Assembly (NCBI RefSeq): GCF_001194135.2
Contig: NC_068981.1
Span: 178,225,479 to 178,289,478 of the forward strand
Length of the DNA stretch: 64,000 nt
DNA from: Octopus bimaculoides
Lineage: Eukaryota
Reading direction: 5' to 3'
The notes beneath the pieces were generated by a model. That model made no database searches. It saw only the letters and a list, made by a program, of their open reading frames with translations, and was not told the origin of the DNA. Position 1 is the stretch's first letter; each line of letters starts with the position of its first letter. This document shows positions 51,122-63,764 of this stretch, piece after piece. The position numbers and the translations under genes were made by a program.

Positions 51122-51500
51122 GGCGTAGTTGTTGTGTGGTAAGTAGCTTGCTTACCAACCACATGGTTCTGGGTTCAGTCCCACTGTGTGGCATCTTGGG
51201 CAAGTGTCTTCTACTATAGCTTCGGGCCGAGAAAAGCCTTGTGAGTGGATTTGGTAGACGGAAACTGAAAGAAGCCTGTCGTATATATGTGTGTGTATGT
51301 GTTTCTGTATCTTTGCCCTCCCAACATCGCTTGACAACAGATGCTGGTGTGTTTACGTCCCCCCGTAACTTAGCGGTTCGGCAAAAAGAGACCGATAAAA
51401 TAAGTACTAGGCTTACAAAGAATAAGTCCTGGTGTCGATTTGTTCGACTAAAGGCGGTGCTCCAGCATGGCCACAGTCAAATGACTGAAACAAGTAAAAG
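51121..51500 (+). mobile_element. SINE family A, near full length and young
   Basis: Highly similar to 27089-27530, with retained CpGs. Confidence 0.9.
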
Positions 51501-51586
51501 AATATATGTATGTAATATATATATATATGTAAATATATACAAGTATATATACATATGCATAATATATACAAGTATATATACATATA

Positions 51587-51655
<69 letters not shown>

Positions 51656-51714
51656 ATGTATGTATTATGCATATATATATATATGTATATTACATGCATA
51701 TATATGTATAGAGT

Positions 51715-51835
51715 TGTTCCCATTAAGAAGGGACGTAGACATTGAAGCATGATGGAGACTCCTGGCTTGTTGGGTCTTTCAAACTGTCCAACCCATGCCA
51801 ACATGGAACATGGACGTTAAATGATGATGATGATA
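51715..51835 (+). mobile_element. Family C 3' fragment
   Basis: GTCCAACCCATGCCAACATGGAACATGGACGTTAAAT(GAT)n. Confidence 0.7.
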
Positions 51836-54484
51836 CATATGTATGTATATCTGTATGTATACACGCACACTTACACAAACAAAAGAATGGTGATAGCTGT
51901 ATTTGATTAGTTATTTCGTGAACTGTCGGCAACATCTATAGGAAGAGTGTGTATAAAATTATTACTCTGTAAAGTTTAAAGTATTGACTTTGAACTGAAA
52001 TACTCTCCTGATCCTAGGGACCACAGTAGATTAGCCGTTACTTTCCCTAAAATAGACATTCTCTTAAGTGGTTACCTGATCAATTAATTAATAACCAAGT
52101 AGGCTGCTGGGAACTGGTGGTTACCTCTCTCAGCCAGATTTATACATCTTAACTTCCCTATAATAACTTCGCCAAGTCTACAATATAATTATAGTAATGT
52201 GACCCAGTTTCTTCATTTCATTTGTTCTTTTTTTTTTTTGTATGTATGTATGTTAATTATTTACAGAATACTCTGAAACTATTTCAATGGTGAGAAGAAA
52301 AAAGTCTAAAACAACAACAAAAACGACACTTCTTGTCTATTTGAATAAATTAAAATATAACAGCTTAGTGGGGAAATTAGGAAACTATAACTGCATTCAC
52401 CTAAAAGAAAAATCAATAACTGTCAAACATCTAGACCAATATCGTATCTGTGATTAAAAATTTAACTGGAACAATAAATAATTCATCTTATATAGAAATA
52501 ACACAAGTAAACAGCTTTATGCTAGTTTTTGAAAGTTTTAAAGAACAACAAACTAAGATTTCAGAAAAAACATTATCAACGAGAATATAAATTATTGATT
52601 CCTTGTCGCCAGGCGCAATGTCAATTTTGTTAGGGACAGAAATTATAATTGACTGAGCTGACAGTATATTATTGATACTTATTTTATCAAATCTAAAGAG
52701 GATTTGAACTCTGATCACTCAGATCAATGAGGTACTAAACTAAATGCAGTAAGGTGTCGAGACCAATATGTTATTGTCTCTACCATTTCTAAACAAACCC
52801 TATTGCAAAAGAACGGGTTGTAAATTCTTCAATTAAAGAAAATCATTACTGAAAATAAGAAAAAAAATTATATAGAATCAATTTGTTTGATTAACCGTTT
52901 TAAACACATCATTCTTATTAACTGGCTTAACAAGTCAACTGAGAAGTTGAATGGCAAGAGGTAATACAAGCAATATCAACTGATAGCTGAGAGATCAATA
53001 AATCTACTACATAGGTTGTCAATGTCAATCTATCCTAAGTAGATAAATAGAAGCATAACTGTGAGTTTACTCCACATAAATAAATATATTGTAGTCAGGC
53101 ATAAATAACAGAAACGAGTGACAAAATAAAAGAGAAATATAAATTTGGTTATTAGCAGTAGATGTCACAGAATATAATTGGGTATATATTTTGTGCGGAT
53201 GTGTGTGTATAATCAGATTGATTAAGAAAACATTGATCAGTTGAGTGCTGTCAATAGACTTAGATCTGGCTAACATTTAATAAGATAAGTAGCCAGAAAC
53301 TACTAGTTTCCGCAAAATGATAATAATAAATAAACAAATAAATGAATAAGTTCAGCATCACAAAACACACTAATTTGCCTTTATAAATGCCGCGCTTTTG
53401 TTCAAATAAAGACTGAAGCCAATTCATAGCATTTGTGTCAAATGCAGTGCAGGTTAGATTTTATGTATATTGACATAACGTAAACACTTTCACACAGAGG
53501 CAAAAAAAAGGCATAACAAATGTGCTGTATGGTTGGTAGTTTACAAATTTATATAGAAAAAAAATACTGTTCAAACATATCTCTGAAATATCATTTTAAC
53601 TAGATGAACGATAATCATTGTAAACGCCTTCACGAGTTTAAAAGTGTATATAAATAATATAAGCCTTTAGCTTTCACAAAATACATACTATTTAATGCAA
53701 ATAAGCAGATATTTTCGAGAAAGCTAGTATTTTCAAGAAAAATTATTACAGAAATTTGTAAAACGTATATTTCTAATGATAATCATAGTATCAAAGATGT
53801 TATTATAGTGACATATTATAAGAGCACCTCTGAACAAAATCGTTTACAAAAAAAATGTACAGTTTTCTTAATGCGTGAACAGAAACAGAATTCTTCATCT
53901 GTTTGTTGTATATAATTCTGATGTGGAATTAAACTTTTTTTGTAGCGTGTTCATAAACTTTCTAGGTTTTCATTACATATGAATATATTTTCAAAACAAG
54001 TGATGACACGAGTATAGAAGCGGACAAAACGAAAGTGAATAAAAAAAGTGAGTGGAGGTACCATAATATAAGAAAGGTTGAATCCATAACTAAAACGGTA
54101 GGCATCAAGCTTTATTGACAATTACAGAGCTAAAATCATTCACAGAAAAGGTTTTCCTTCATGCAATACTTCAATCCTTCATGCTCTACGAAACAGAATG
54201 CTTAGCATAAGTTTAACCGGCACTTCCAAGAAACTGGATTGAACCTCATTCCTCTCAGTCTAAGAGGCACTTTGGATGACAAAATATCTGTCCGGTTATT
54301 ATAGTAACTGAATTTTTAAGGTAATGAGGGAGAATAAGATTAACTTGCTTGTCTTGAATCTTAACAGTTTTGAGTTTTAAGCTGACAAAATTCATTCTAA
54401 AGGACAATAATATTTGCCACTTGATTAGATTTTCAGGAATTATAACTGTGCATAAAAACGATATCCAATCTAATGAACTTTATG

Positions 54485-54524
<40 letters not shown>

Positions 54525-54606
54525 NNNNNNNNNNNNNNNNNNNNNNNNNNNNNNNNNNNNNNNNNNNNNNNNNNNNNNNNNNNNNNNNNNNNNNNNNNNN
54601 NNNNNN

Positions 54607-54648
<42 letters not shown>

Positions 54649-54902
54649 CATATATTATATTTACACATACCCATTCACATACTTGTATATACGTGAAAGG
54701 AAGCGAACCTGTATGTGTGTATATATATATATGTGTGTGTGTGCAGACATATACATACGTTCATAAATGTAATTATATATACATATTTAATACCCATATA
54801 TTCGCAGGCACATACCCACATATACATACATAATATACATAAATATATTATCATTCATACATACATATATATATACACACGCACCCACATAATTATCATA
54901 CA

Positions 54903-54936
<34 letters not shown>

Positions 54937-55494
54937 GCATTCCCCTAATATCTAGCTAAGATAATGATAATGATTAGCATGAAATGGGCAGTTCTGATTT
55001 ATAAGAGACCCATGGAATTAATTATATTAGCGACTCAAATGAAGAGTCACTGCTGTCAATATGAAAAAAGGGATCGGAATACAACAATAATATGGAAAGT
55101 GTAACTAAAATATTAAAGCTAACATTTATTTCATTTATCGATGAAAGGCGCGAAAATAAATGATGAAATATAATTTGTCTGGTATTTTTATAAACACGGT
55201 ATTTTTGCGGTTGCAAGGTATATTAATAATAGTCTATAATAATAGGGGAATTTTAATGTCAAGCAATATACAAACATCTGACAATAGGAGTTGTGATGTG
55301 TAGAGAAGAAAAAAAAGTGGATCGTTATTGTTTGTCCTAGTCTTAAATCATAAAGAGTGGAAACAGGATGGTATCCCACGGAAACAGTAAATAAAATCTG
55401 GATAGAAGTTTTTCGGGTGTGTTTGTCCCGCCATCAATAAACATGAGAAGGGAAGAGCCGTTTCAGAAGGGATGATAAACGATGGTGATAATAC

Positions 55495-55526
<32 letters not shown>

Positions 55527-56105
55527 GTTATCGTAATATGAGAAGAACAGTTATAATAATGATAGAATAATGATGATGATGGTGATAAAAATAATAGCAG
55601 TAATAATAATAATAATAAAGAAGGTGATAGTAATATATCTATTTAAGGAGCAAGACAGAAAAAGGGTCTCAGTAAAACTGTCAGCGATGGGGACACTGAG
55701 AGGCTAAACGATTTAGTAGACACGATTAATAGGAAGATAGGATCGTGTATGTATGTATGTATAAAAAAAAGATAACACAAAAGTATGGATCCTGATGAGA
55801 GCTGAACAACAATCTAAAACGACTTTATTGTTAGCAAGGGATAAAGGATGAAGGGCACAAGTCTATATATATATGATATCATTTTTAAAAATCATCATCA
55901 TCATCATTTAAAAGCATTTTAAAAAATCATCAACAAAAGCGAAATAATTTTTCTTTAAAACAACTCACCAATTTGTTGCAATTTCAGAATCTCTTCTTTC
56001 TAGTTTATTATTATTATTATATATTTTTATTTATTCCTAGGCAACACGCATTGACCAGAATCCAAACTGTTATTTGTAAAAACTCCGGTGTGGAAAATTA
56101 CTCAC

Positions 56106-56130
56106 TGCTTTTAAAAGCCAGAAGATATTA
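56106..56130 (-). other. Candidate 5'-UTR exon; an alternative donor at 55969 would give a 162-nt form
   Basis: Acceptor GCTTTTTTCTTTCTTTCATAG; donors GCA|GTGAGT (56105) and TTG|GTGAGT (55968). Confidence 0.4.
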
Positions 56131-56679
56131 CTATGAAAGAAAGAAAAAAGCTGTTCAGGTTTAAAACCCTAAAATATTTTATCCGGCATTTAAACTCCGT
56201 TATATTATATTTTTCAGAACTGTTCCACATCCATCGTCCAATTCACAGTCAATTTTTGTTTTGTTTTTATTTTGTGCTTTTTTTTTTCTCTCTCTCTCAC
56301 TCTCTCCTTTTCTTTCTTTCTTTCTCACTTTCTGTCTTTCTCACTCTCTTTCTCTCTCTTTCCCCCCGACGAAGCTAATTAAGTAAACCAGCAGCAGAAG
56401 AAGAAGCAGTCAATAGCAACCATTATTATTATATTACCAGCGTTCGACAATTTAGTACTCTTCTTACGGGTTTTCAGTTGACGTGAAACAATAACACGCG
56501 TTCGGAAATGAATGAACGAATAGAGGGAATAGAGAAAACCTGTTCGAAATGAATAAACGAATAAATGAATAAACTGAGGGAATAAATTTTTTTGTCTGTT
56601 ATTGTCGATTGTTTTGCGTTTTTTTTTCCTCCTGATTATTTTTTAACTAAGAAAGAATACACGAATAAGAGATCTACCG

Positions 56680-57135
56680 AACGAGTTGCAGTGGATGACG
56701 AAAAATAGAGAAAGACAGAGCGGGATAAAGAGATGAGAAGAAAGAGAATATATCAGAATGAAGAGACAAAAAGAGTGAAGGAGCGGGAGTTGTGAGTAAG
56801 AAAAAGAGGGTTGACAGTAACAGTGAGTAAGAGGAAGACAATTGAAAAATGAGGGGGTGAGAAGGTTGTGCATAAGAAAGGACAGGTTAAAAACGAAAGA
56901 GAGAGGGTTGAGTTATTCGAGAGTAATAGTTTAGAATGAGAGAGGGGTTGAGAGTTAAAGAGAGAGCTGCGAGTGATGATGAGAGAGAGAGAGACGTAAT
57001 TGTAAAGCAGAGGAGGGTCAAGAATAGACGGAGAAAGTGTTGAGTTGAAAAAGGGAGGGAGCTGAGAGAAAAAAGAGGATTATGAATAAATAAGAGAGGG
57101 TTAAAAGTTAAACAGAGAGGAGCATAAAAGTAAGA
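56680..57135. repeat. Purine-rich low-complexity tract with recurring AGAGGGTT(G/A)A.AGT motif
   Basis: Motif variants near 56805, 56903, 56943, 57013 and 57096. Confidence 0.6.
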
Positions 57136-57849
57136 GAGGAAGTAGTGAATGGCGGCCTCTGTTGACTGCTGCGGTCTCAGCTGAAATATATCACAGCTTC
57201 TAATGATAGTCGTCGCACTGTGACTTACTGAGAACTACACACGCACAAGGCTATATCCATCTACTAATTCAGTCATAGGCTTTTCTCTTTTTTTGTGTGT
57301 TCAAATGTTTTTTTCATAGTCTTTAAGTAAACATAAGTTTATTGAGAAACTGACCGCACACCATTTAGTCGTTTTTTTTTCTCTTCTCATATTTTCATAA
57401 TCCTTTCTTTCTCATGGAAAATATTTGACTACAGATAATTACATAGTTTATAAAGAAAAAAATATTATACTTGGTTGAACAAGCCTTAATTCATTTAAAT
57501 TAAAAGCAAATGACAATGAATTTTTTGCCACAAGGACAAAATAATAGCAATAATAAAATAATATACAAGCTTTTTTTAAAAACAAAGTTGTAAGATACTA
57601 TTTCATACTTTCAAATTTATTCTTTAGCATTATTAATTATCCCTATGCCATCATTTTTTTTAATTAGTTTTAATTGGAAGAAGCAAAAACTGATTTTTGT
57701 TTATTTATTTATATTTGTTACAGTGATAATAATTATTTAAAGTCTAGATTTAATTATTAGTTTCATTTCATGGTCGAAATTAGCAACTTAATTTACTCTG
57801 CTTATATTTCACAATACACACTCCTTTAATATATACATAAGCGCTTGTG

Positions 57850-57912
<63 letters not shown>

Positions 57913-58014
57913 ATAATTAGCATCCTGTAATTGGTTCTTTTATGAATGTATTTTTTGTTAGTTATTTTTTTCTCGAAAAGCTTTCATTAATAATTATTAT
58001 CATTATTATATTTG

Positions 58015-58051
<37 letters not shown>

Positions 58052-58968
58052 TCGCTTTGAGAACTGCCAAGCAAGCTTGCTACTTGCTATATTTCGTTGT
58101 TGCTGCTGCTGTTTGACTGAGGCCAATTAAACTTACTAGAAAGCCATCAAGCCGTCAAATAGAATGAGATGGAAATTTAAAAAAAATAAAAAATATATCT
58201 CAGAAGTGGCGGCTTTGTTACTTCAAGAAACATTTGAATGACACACACTCACATCCATCTATCTTTCTAAAACATAGGGACAGAATTATACACACACACA
58301 CATATACATGCGTACATACATACATATACACACACACACACATATATATATCTTTCAGCTTTTACTTGTTCCAGGCCTTAGTCTGTGGCCATGCTGGGGC
58401 ACCGCCTACACGAACGAAGATATCTTAGCGTACATAAACATGCAGAGATGTGCCGCACTAGCTCTTATAGAACATACGTATTAATCGAGGCACTCACGAA
58501 AGACATACGAAAAGGGAATACATATACACACTCATATAAACACAAGGCTGCAGCAGACACACACACATAGAATCTAAACACAACACCCTCGATAAGACGG
58601 ACGAACACACACATGTAATCATACACAAACACTCACACATAAGCTACACAAACACATTCATCGACAATACATACACGCGTATATGTGTGTGTGTGTGTGT
58701 ATGAGAGAGAGAGAGAGATGATTCTAGACAATCATCTACATCACACACAAAGAAAAAATTTAAACTATTCTTCCAAATATTTCGTCCAAACTAGACTGTT
58801 TTATCTCTGATTATTTTAATCTTGTTTCATTTCATCTTTTCTGTCTCTTTTCTTTTAGTCATCTATATTTGCTCATTTGTTTATGTATTTATTTTATGTA
58901 TATCCTATATGTGTGTGTGTGTAAATGTAATGTATATGTGTGTTTGTGTATGTATATATAGATATATA

Positions 58969-59007
<39 letters not shown>

Positions 59008-59093
59008 ATTATTATTATTAAGTCAAAAGATCTGATCTGATGATTTTCGTGAAGATTCCTCCTACTCTTTCCTATTTCACGTCTTACTGTTAC

Positions 59094-59168
59094 CTCCTCC
59101 TCTTCCTCCTACTCCCACTATCACTGCCACCGCTTCTCCGTCCTTTACTTGCTCGCCGCCACCCGAAA
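59094..59168 (-). other. Candidate 75-nt GC-rich 5' exon
   Basis: Strong acceptor TTTTTTCTTTCTTTTCTTCCTAG, donor GAG|GTAACA with a second donor ACA|GTAAGA 6 nt further on. Two frames are open but no product is recognised. Confidence 0.4.
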
Positions 59169-61249
59169 CTAGGAAGAAAAGAAAGAAAAAATAGATTAAC
59201 AGAAGAAATCAGTTTTGAGTATGTTTATCAGATAACAGGATGGGATTTTTGTTATCGGAGAAGGAGAGAGAAAAAGAGTGAAAGAGTGAGAGCCTGGGTG
59301 GTAGAGTGGTATATAGAGTGATATAGAGAGCTATTGCTTGCTTTAAAGACGTAATAGTAGTTGGGTTGAGATGATGTCTTGTTGGTGGTTGGTTGGTGCG
59401 CGCCTCTTCTTGGCAAAGGCTCGGCCAAGTCACGAGAAAGAAATTAACAGAAACCAAAAGCATCTCTTTCTCTTCGATTATTATTATTATTATAAAGTTT
59501 TTACCTCATTCCAGTATGCATTCGTTTCAATTATGTGTCTGTTTAGGGTGGGGGCATCTGTGCCGTATATATGTGTACAAGAAAATGCAAAACACGCACA
59601 CACAGACACAATATACACAGCTATCAAGAAAGTTGAGTTTATTTAGTAAGATAATACATTGTATAGAAAGATATATATATATATATATGTATGTATATAT
59701 ATTGTGTGTGTCTATAGATACAAGTATTGATACACACGAAGTACGGAGGTTTAAGCCAGCTATACATAGATTCATACATACATTCACGGATACATAGATG
59801 TAGATATTTAATACAGTACATATTTATAGACATTGCAGAGTGTGTACATTCTTAAATAGGTTATATGTACTGTAAATGCATGAGAGAGAGAGGAAGTTAT
59901 ATTCATAAATAGACTGTGTACAGTGAATAGGTACATACCTAAGAGACTATATATATGTATGTACATATATATGTGTGTGTATGAATAGACGCGCATATAT
60001 ATACGGCAAATTTATATCGTATATAGGCGCATACACATACATATATACACACACACAAATATATTATATTTATATATATAAATATATTAAATAACTGCTT
60101 TCGTTATACAATAACAATGAATAAAAATAAATTTGTCTATAGAGATATACAGATTATATATACATTATATATATATATATATATNNNNNNNNNNNNNNNN
60201 NNNNNNNNNNNNNNNNNNNNNNNNNNNNNNNNNNNNNNNTATATATATGAGAGAGAGAGAGAATATAATATATGAATATTAAATATATATTATATGTATA
60301 TTCAATTGTCTGCGCGCGTGTGTAATCCGTGTCGTTAAAGTAGGCATAAATTCGCATCATTAATGTTGATTTTTCACGTTAAATATTCATGATTTCAAAT
60401 TGACTGGTGTTTTGGTACACAACAACTAATGAAAAATTTTAATTATTATTTACCCCTCCTATCTAATGTCTGACATTTTAATAGTGTTTGTTTAATTATG
60501 ACAATTAACTAGAGGTGAGGAAATCGTGTGTATTGCCAACTTATTAAAATAACTACTTTAAAAAAAATCTAGTAGTTCCTAACTAATTAACCCTTTTAAT
60601 TGTTTTATTATAATTAAAGAGTTGGTTATGACAATAGGCAGCTGGACTAAATATAATCAAGTATTTTGTTTTTAACCCACTACCTTCCGTGTCCAAATCC
60701 TACTTGGTGTGGGATTTCTTTCCTCATACCCAGTTCGATAAAATAAGTACCAGTAATATTTTGGTGTCGAATCAATTGACCACACTCCTACATAAGTTGG
60801 CCGCGTACCTAGTCGAAAAGAAATCAGTGTTATGGGTCAGTAGTGTTGGTGCGTTACCAGCGACTGGTGCAAGACATGTTATGGCAAGACCGCGCTGCTT
60901 TATTATTACTACTTTTTATCCCCTTTGAAATTTTGCGCCTTGGGCAACTGCTCCTCTGACCCCGCCTACGCTATACTACTATTAAAAGTTTATAGGTCTT
61001 TCTTTTCTCCTAGATAAACAAAAGAAAAAGGTGGACAGTTAAAGAAATCAAGAATACCGGTCTTTGTCACTGTTTCAAATTCTGTCAGCATTGATTTTTT
61101 TTCATGAACTTCGGTCATTTTCATCCGATCCACAAAAAGTCAAAATTATTAAAAACTAAAAATTCATGGATTTTAAGGGGAAAAAAGTGGTGAGAGGAAA
61201 ACTGCACTTCTACATATCGAGATCATTAAATCAGAGATCGAATAGACCT

Positions 61250-61410
61250 CTAAATGAAAGAAATTGCAGCCGTGACCATCCCTTCTCATGGTTATGTACA
61301 ACTACATTATCTAATATACGCTTTCTTAATTAAGGATGATTGAGAGCGATATGAGGGAGATTTGGCTGCTATTTCTAACAGACAAATCATTACGTAAGCG
61401 GTCCCTTGTG
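61250..61410 (+). mobile_element. Family F repeat
   Basis: CAGCCGTGACCATCCC...ACTACATTATCTAAT...GAGATTTGGCTGCTATTTCTAAC. Confidence 0.6.
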
Positions 61411-62580
61411 GACTTGGAAAGCTGTTGTTTCAGTTGTCATTGATCTTAATGACTGTGTGTGATATGAGCTTGAATGGTGGGGGGTACGAGAGGCGCGGTT
61501 ACGTAATTCATGCAAATAGATACACATCTAAGTACTCTTAAACACTTTTTCTATGTTATACGCTTATTAATAGGAATGCATTTACACGTATGCCCTTCGC
61601 ACAGATACACGCATTAATATCTGTAAGAGAGCGCAAGCACCATAATTTACGGAAGTCAAACTCCTGTCGAAATGTTCAACGCTGAAGTTGATAAGATGCC
61701 AAACAACTATCTGAGAAATCTGTAGTTTCTATCATCCCTCAAAAGTCAGTTCTCCTACGCTACAAGTAGGTACTATAAGATTGTATAATTCGTTGCACTA
61801 TAATTCATTAATTTACATCGAGTCCAGTTCCTGCCATCAGAAAAGTCACGGGCAATAGATGAGTATTATATCGAAGACGTTTGTCTCGTCCATTTAACTC
61901 AAGAAAGTTTTAAGTTGTGATTCAGTGGATTACACCAGTCCATAAAGGTTTCTTGTACTTTTTTTCTTATTGTATTTTCCAGCATACGAGTCAAATTTTT
62001 CAGACCAAAATTTACGATCACAAATGGTAGGTCGACTTATACACCAAAACGCCTTCGGAGGTCTTGGAAAGGCAGTGGCGCAGTGACTGTTTGAATGTTT
62101 ACACTTTCTTGACTTGTATGCCAGAAAATACGGTAATCATTCCTGCTAAGCCAAAACAATAACTCATTTTCAATTCCAAAAGCATAAAGGCCACTGCATC
62201 CTTTCCTCTTTGCTTTATCTCAAGTCAGTAAGAATGATCATTTGTTAATGTATGACTATCTCAAAATGCAAAAGATCAAGCATCTAATTCAGTTTACTGT
62301 GTTGTGAAGCTTATAGTTATATATGTCCATATTCCAATGTGTGGTTACATAGACATACACATACAATCTGTCTATAGTCAGTGTTTAGTAGTGAGTGATA
62401 CAACAGCAATAGATATGGCACTTTACAGAACAGTTCTTACGAAATTTCTTTGCAAACTCAGATTATAAAATATTAAAATTTTCCAAATTGTTCAATGTTC
62501 TAGAGATTGGATGGTGTTGTTTACATAACTGGATCGTTATCATTAAACAATGTGGCATGAATAAATCTAATAAATGTTTA

Positions 62581-62643
<63 letters not shown>

Positions 62644-62869
62644 AGAAAGAGAGAGAGGAAAGAGACACATGTTCTTTAAAAATGAAGGAAATCTAAAACA
62701 CAAGAGAATAGCTGTAAAAATAACTTAGAGGATTGGGTAAAATGCCCTTACGGAAGGAGAAAGTGGCCAGCAAGCCACTGCAGAGAAATAAGCTCTGTAC
62801 CTCTCAAATTCTAGTCTTTTATATTGGCAACTAAAGTGAGATCACAGCCACACATGTCTGGCCCTGTTA

Positions 62870-63490
62870 AGAATACCCCTGATGCGTCGGGCGATATGAT
62901 ATGCTTGAGAAGACCTACTGAGTCAAGTAAAACCAATATTGTAGCTGGGGCTGGTGCCCCCTGACTGGCTCCTGTGCTAGTGGCACATAAAAAGTACCAT
63001 CCGAATGTGGTCGATGCCAGGTCTGCCTGACTGGCTCCCATGCCAGTGGCACATAAAAAGCACCAACCGAACGTGGCCGGCCAGTACCCCCAGACTGGCT
63101 CCCATGCCAGTGGCATGTAAAAAACATCATCCAAACATGGTCGATGCCAGGTCCACCTGACTGGCATCCATGCTGGTGGCACGTAAAGGCACCAACCAAT
63201 TGTAACTGATGCCAGTATCCCCTGACTGGCTCCTGTGCTGGTGGCACATAAAAAGCACCATCCAAACGTGATCATTGCCAGACCTGCTTGACTTGCTCCT
63301 GTGCCGGTGACATGTAAAAAGCACCCACTACACTCTCGGAGTGGTTGTCATTAGGAAGGACATCCAGCTGTAGAAACTTTGTCAGATCAGATTGGAGCCT
63401 GGTGCAGCCACTGGATCTCCAGACCCCAGTCAAACCGTCCAACCCATGCCAGCATGGAAAACAGACGTTAATCGATGATGATGATGATAT
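62870..63490 (+). mobile_element. Long copy of retroposon family C with an internal six-unit tandem array and (GAT)n tail
   Basis: Array 62945-63325 is followed by CACTCTCGGAGTGGTTG..TTAGGAAGGACATCCAGCTGTAGAAAC...CAGACGTTAATC(GAT)n. The 5' boundary is uncertain. Confidence 0.8.
62945..63325 (+). repeat. Tandem array of six 64-66-bp units
   Basis: GACT(G/T)GC anchors at 62963, 63029, 63093, 63159, 63224 and 63290. Confidence 0.9.
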
Positions 63491-63504
63491 ATATATATAT
63501 GAAT

Positions 63505-63670
63505 ACATGGGTGCAGGTTTAGCTGCATGGTAAGAAAGTTGCTTCCCAAACACATGGTTCCAGGTTCAGTACCATTGCACGGCACCTTAGGCAAGTGTCT
63601 TCTATTGAAGCCTTGGGCTGGCCAAAATGTTGTGAGTGGATTTGGTAGATGGAAACTCACAGAAACCTGA
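63505..63670 (+). mobile_element. SINE family A head
   Basis: GCTGCATGGTAAGAAAGTTGCTTCCCA...GGTTCAGTACC...GTGAGTGGATTTGGTAGATGGAAAC. Confidence 0.8.
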
Positions 63671-63764
63671 CATATGTATATGTATGCATGTGCATATATA
63701 TATATATATATATAAAAGTAATTACCCAATCAATGACGAGTATCATTGCTAGTATATATCATCA

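Larger units (their letters stand above)
5386..60239. other. Assembly gaps (N) at 5386-5395, 8781-9067, 10122-10892, 18663-19094, 30253-30593, 44111-44982, 46012-46021, 46610-47256, 48626-49063, 54525-54606 and 60185-60239
   Basis: Read directly; most gaps abut microsatellites or SINEs. Exons could be hidden in them. Confidence 0.98.
52500..62200. promoter_or_regulatory. CpG-retaining, SINE-poor domain: probable unmethylated promoter region
   Basis: CG dinucleotides are visibly frequent in unique sequence here and rare in unique sequence at 1-52 kb. Contains GCGCGC (59398), GTCACGAGA (59429) and a YY1-like AATGGCGGC (57148). Qualitative, not counted. Confidence 0.55.

Noticed and set aside
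52488-52718. 76-aa minus-strand ORF
   Set aside because: It overlaps a decayed SINE-like sequence (GTTCAAATCC B box, GATAAAATAAGTA core).
57188-57210. miR-2-like sequence TATCACAGC......TGAT
   Set aside because: The seed matches but there is no complementary 5' arm to form a pre-miRNA.
62811-63324. Overlapping 65-154-aa ORFs with repeated GWCFLCAT / GAFYVP motifs
   Set aside because: By-products of the non-coding 65-bp array; the frames shift between units and no domain is recognisable.
62945-63325. True CRISPR array
   Set aside because: Animal context, linkers homologous to each other, no cas genes, and the array is internal to a retroposon.
3864-63729. Dozens of ORFs rich in YI/HT/CV/MY repeats or X
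   Set aside because: They are translations of (AT)n, (CA)n and (TATG)n microsatellites or N gaps, not genes.
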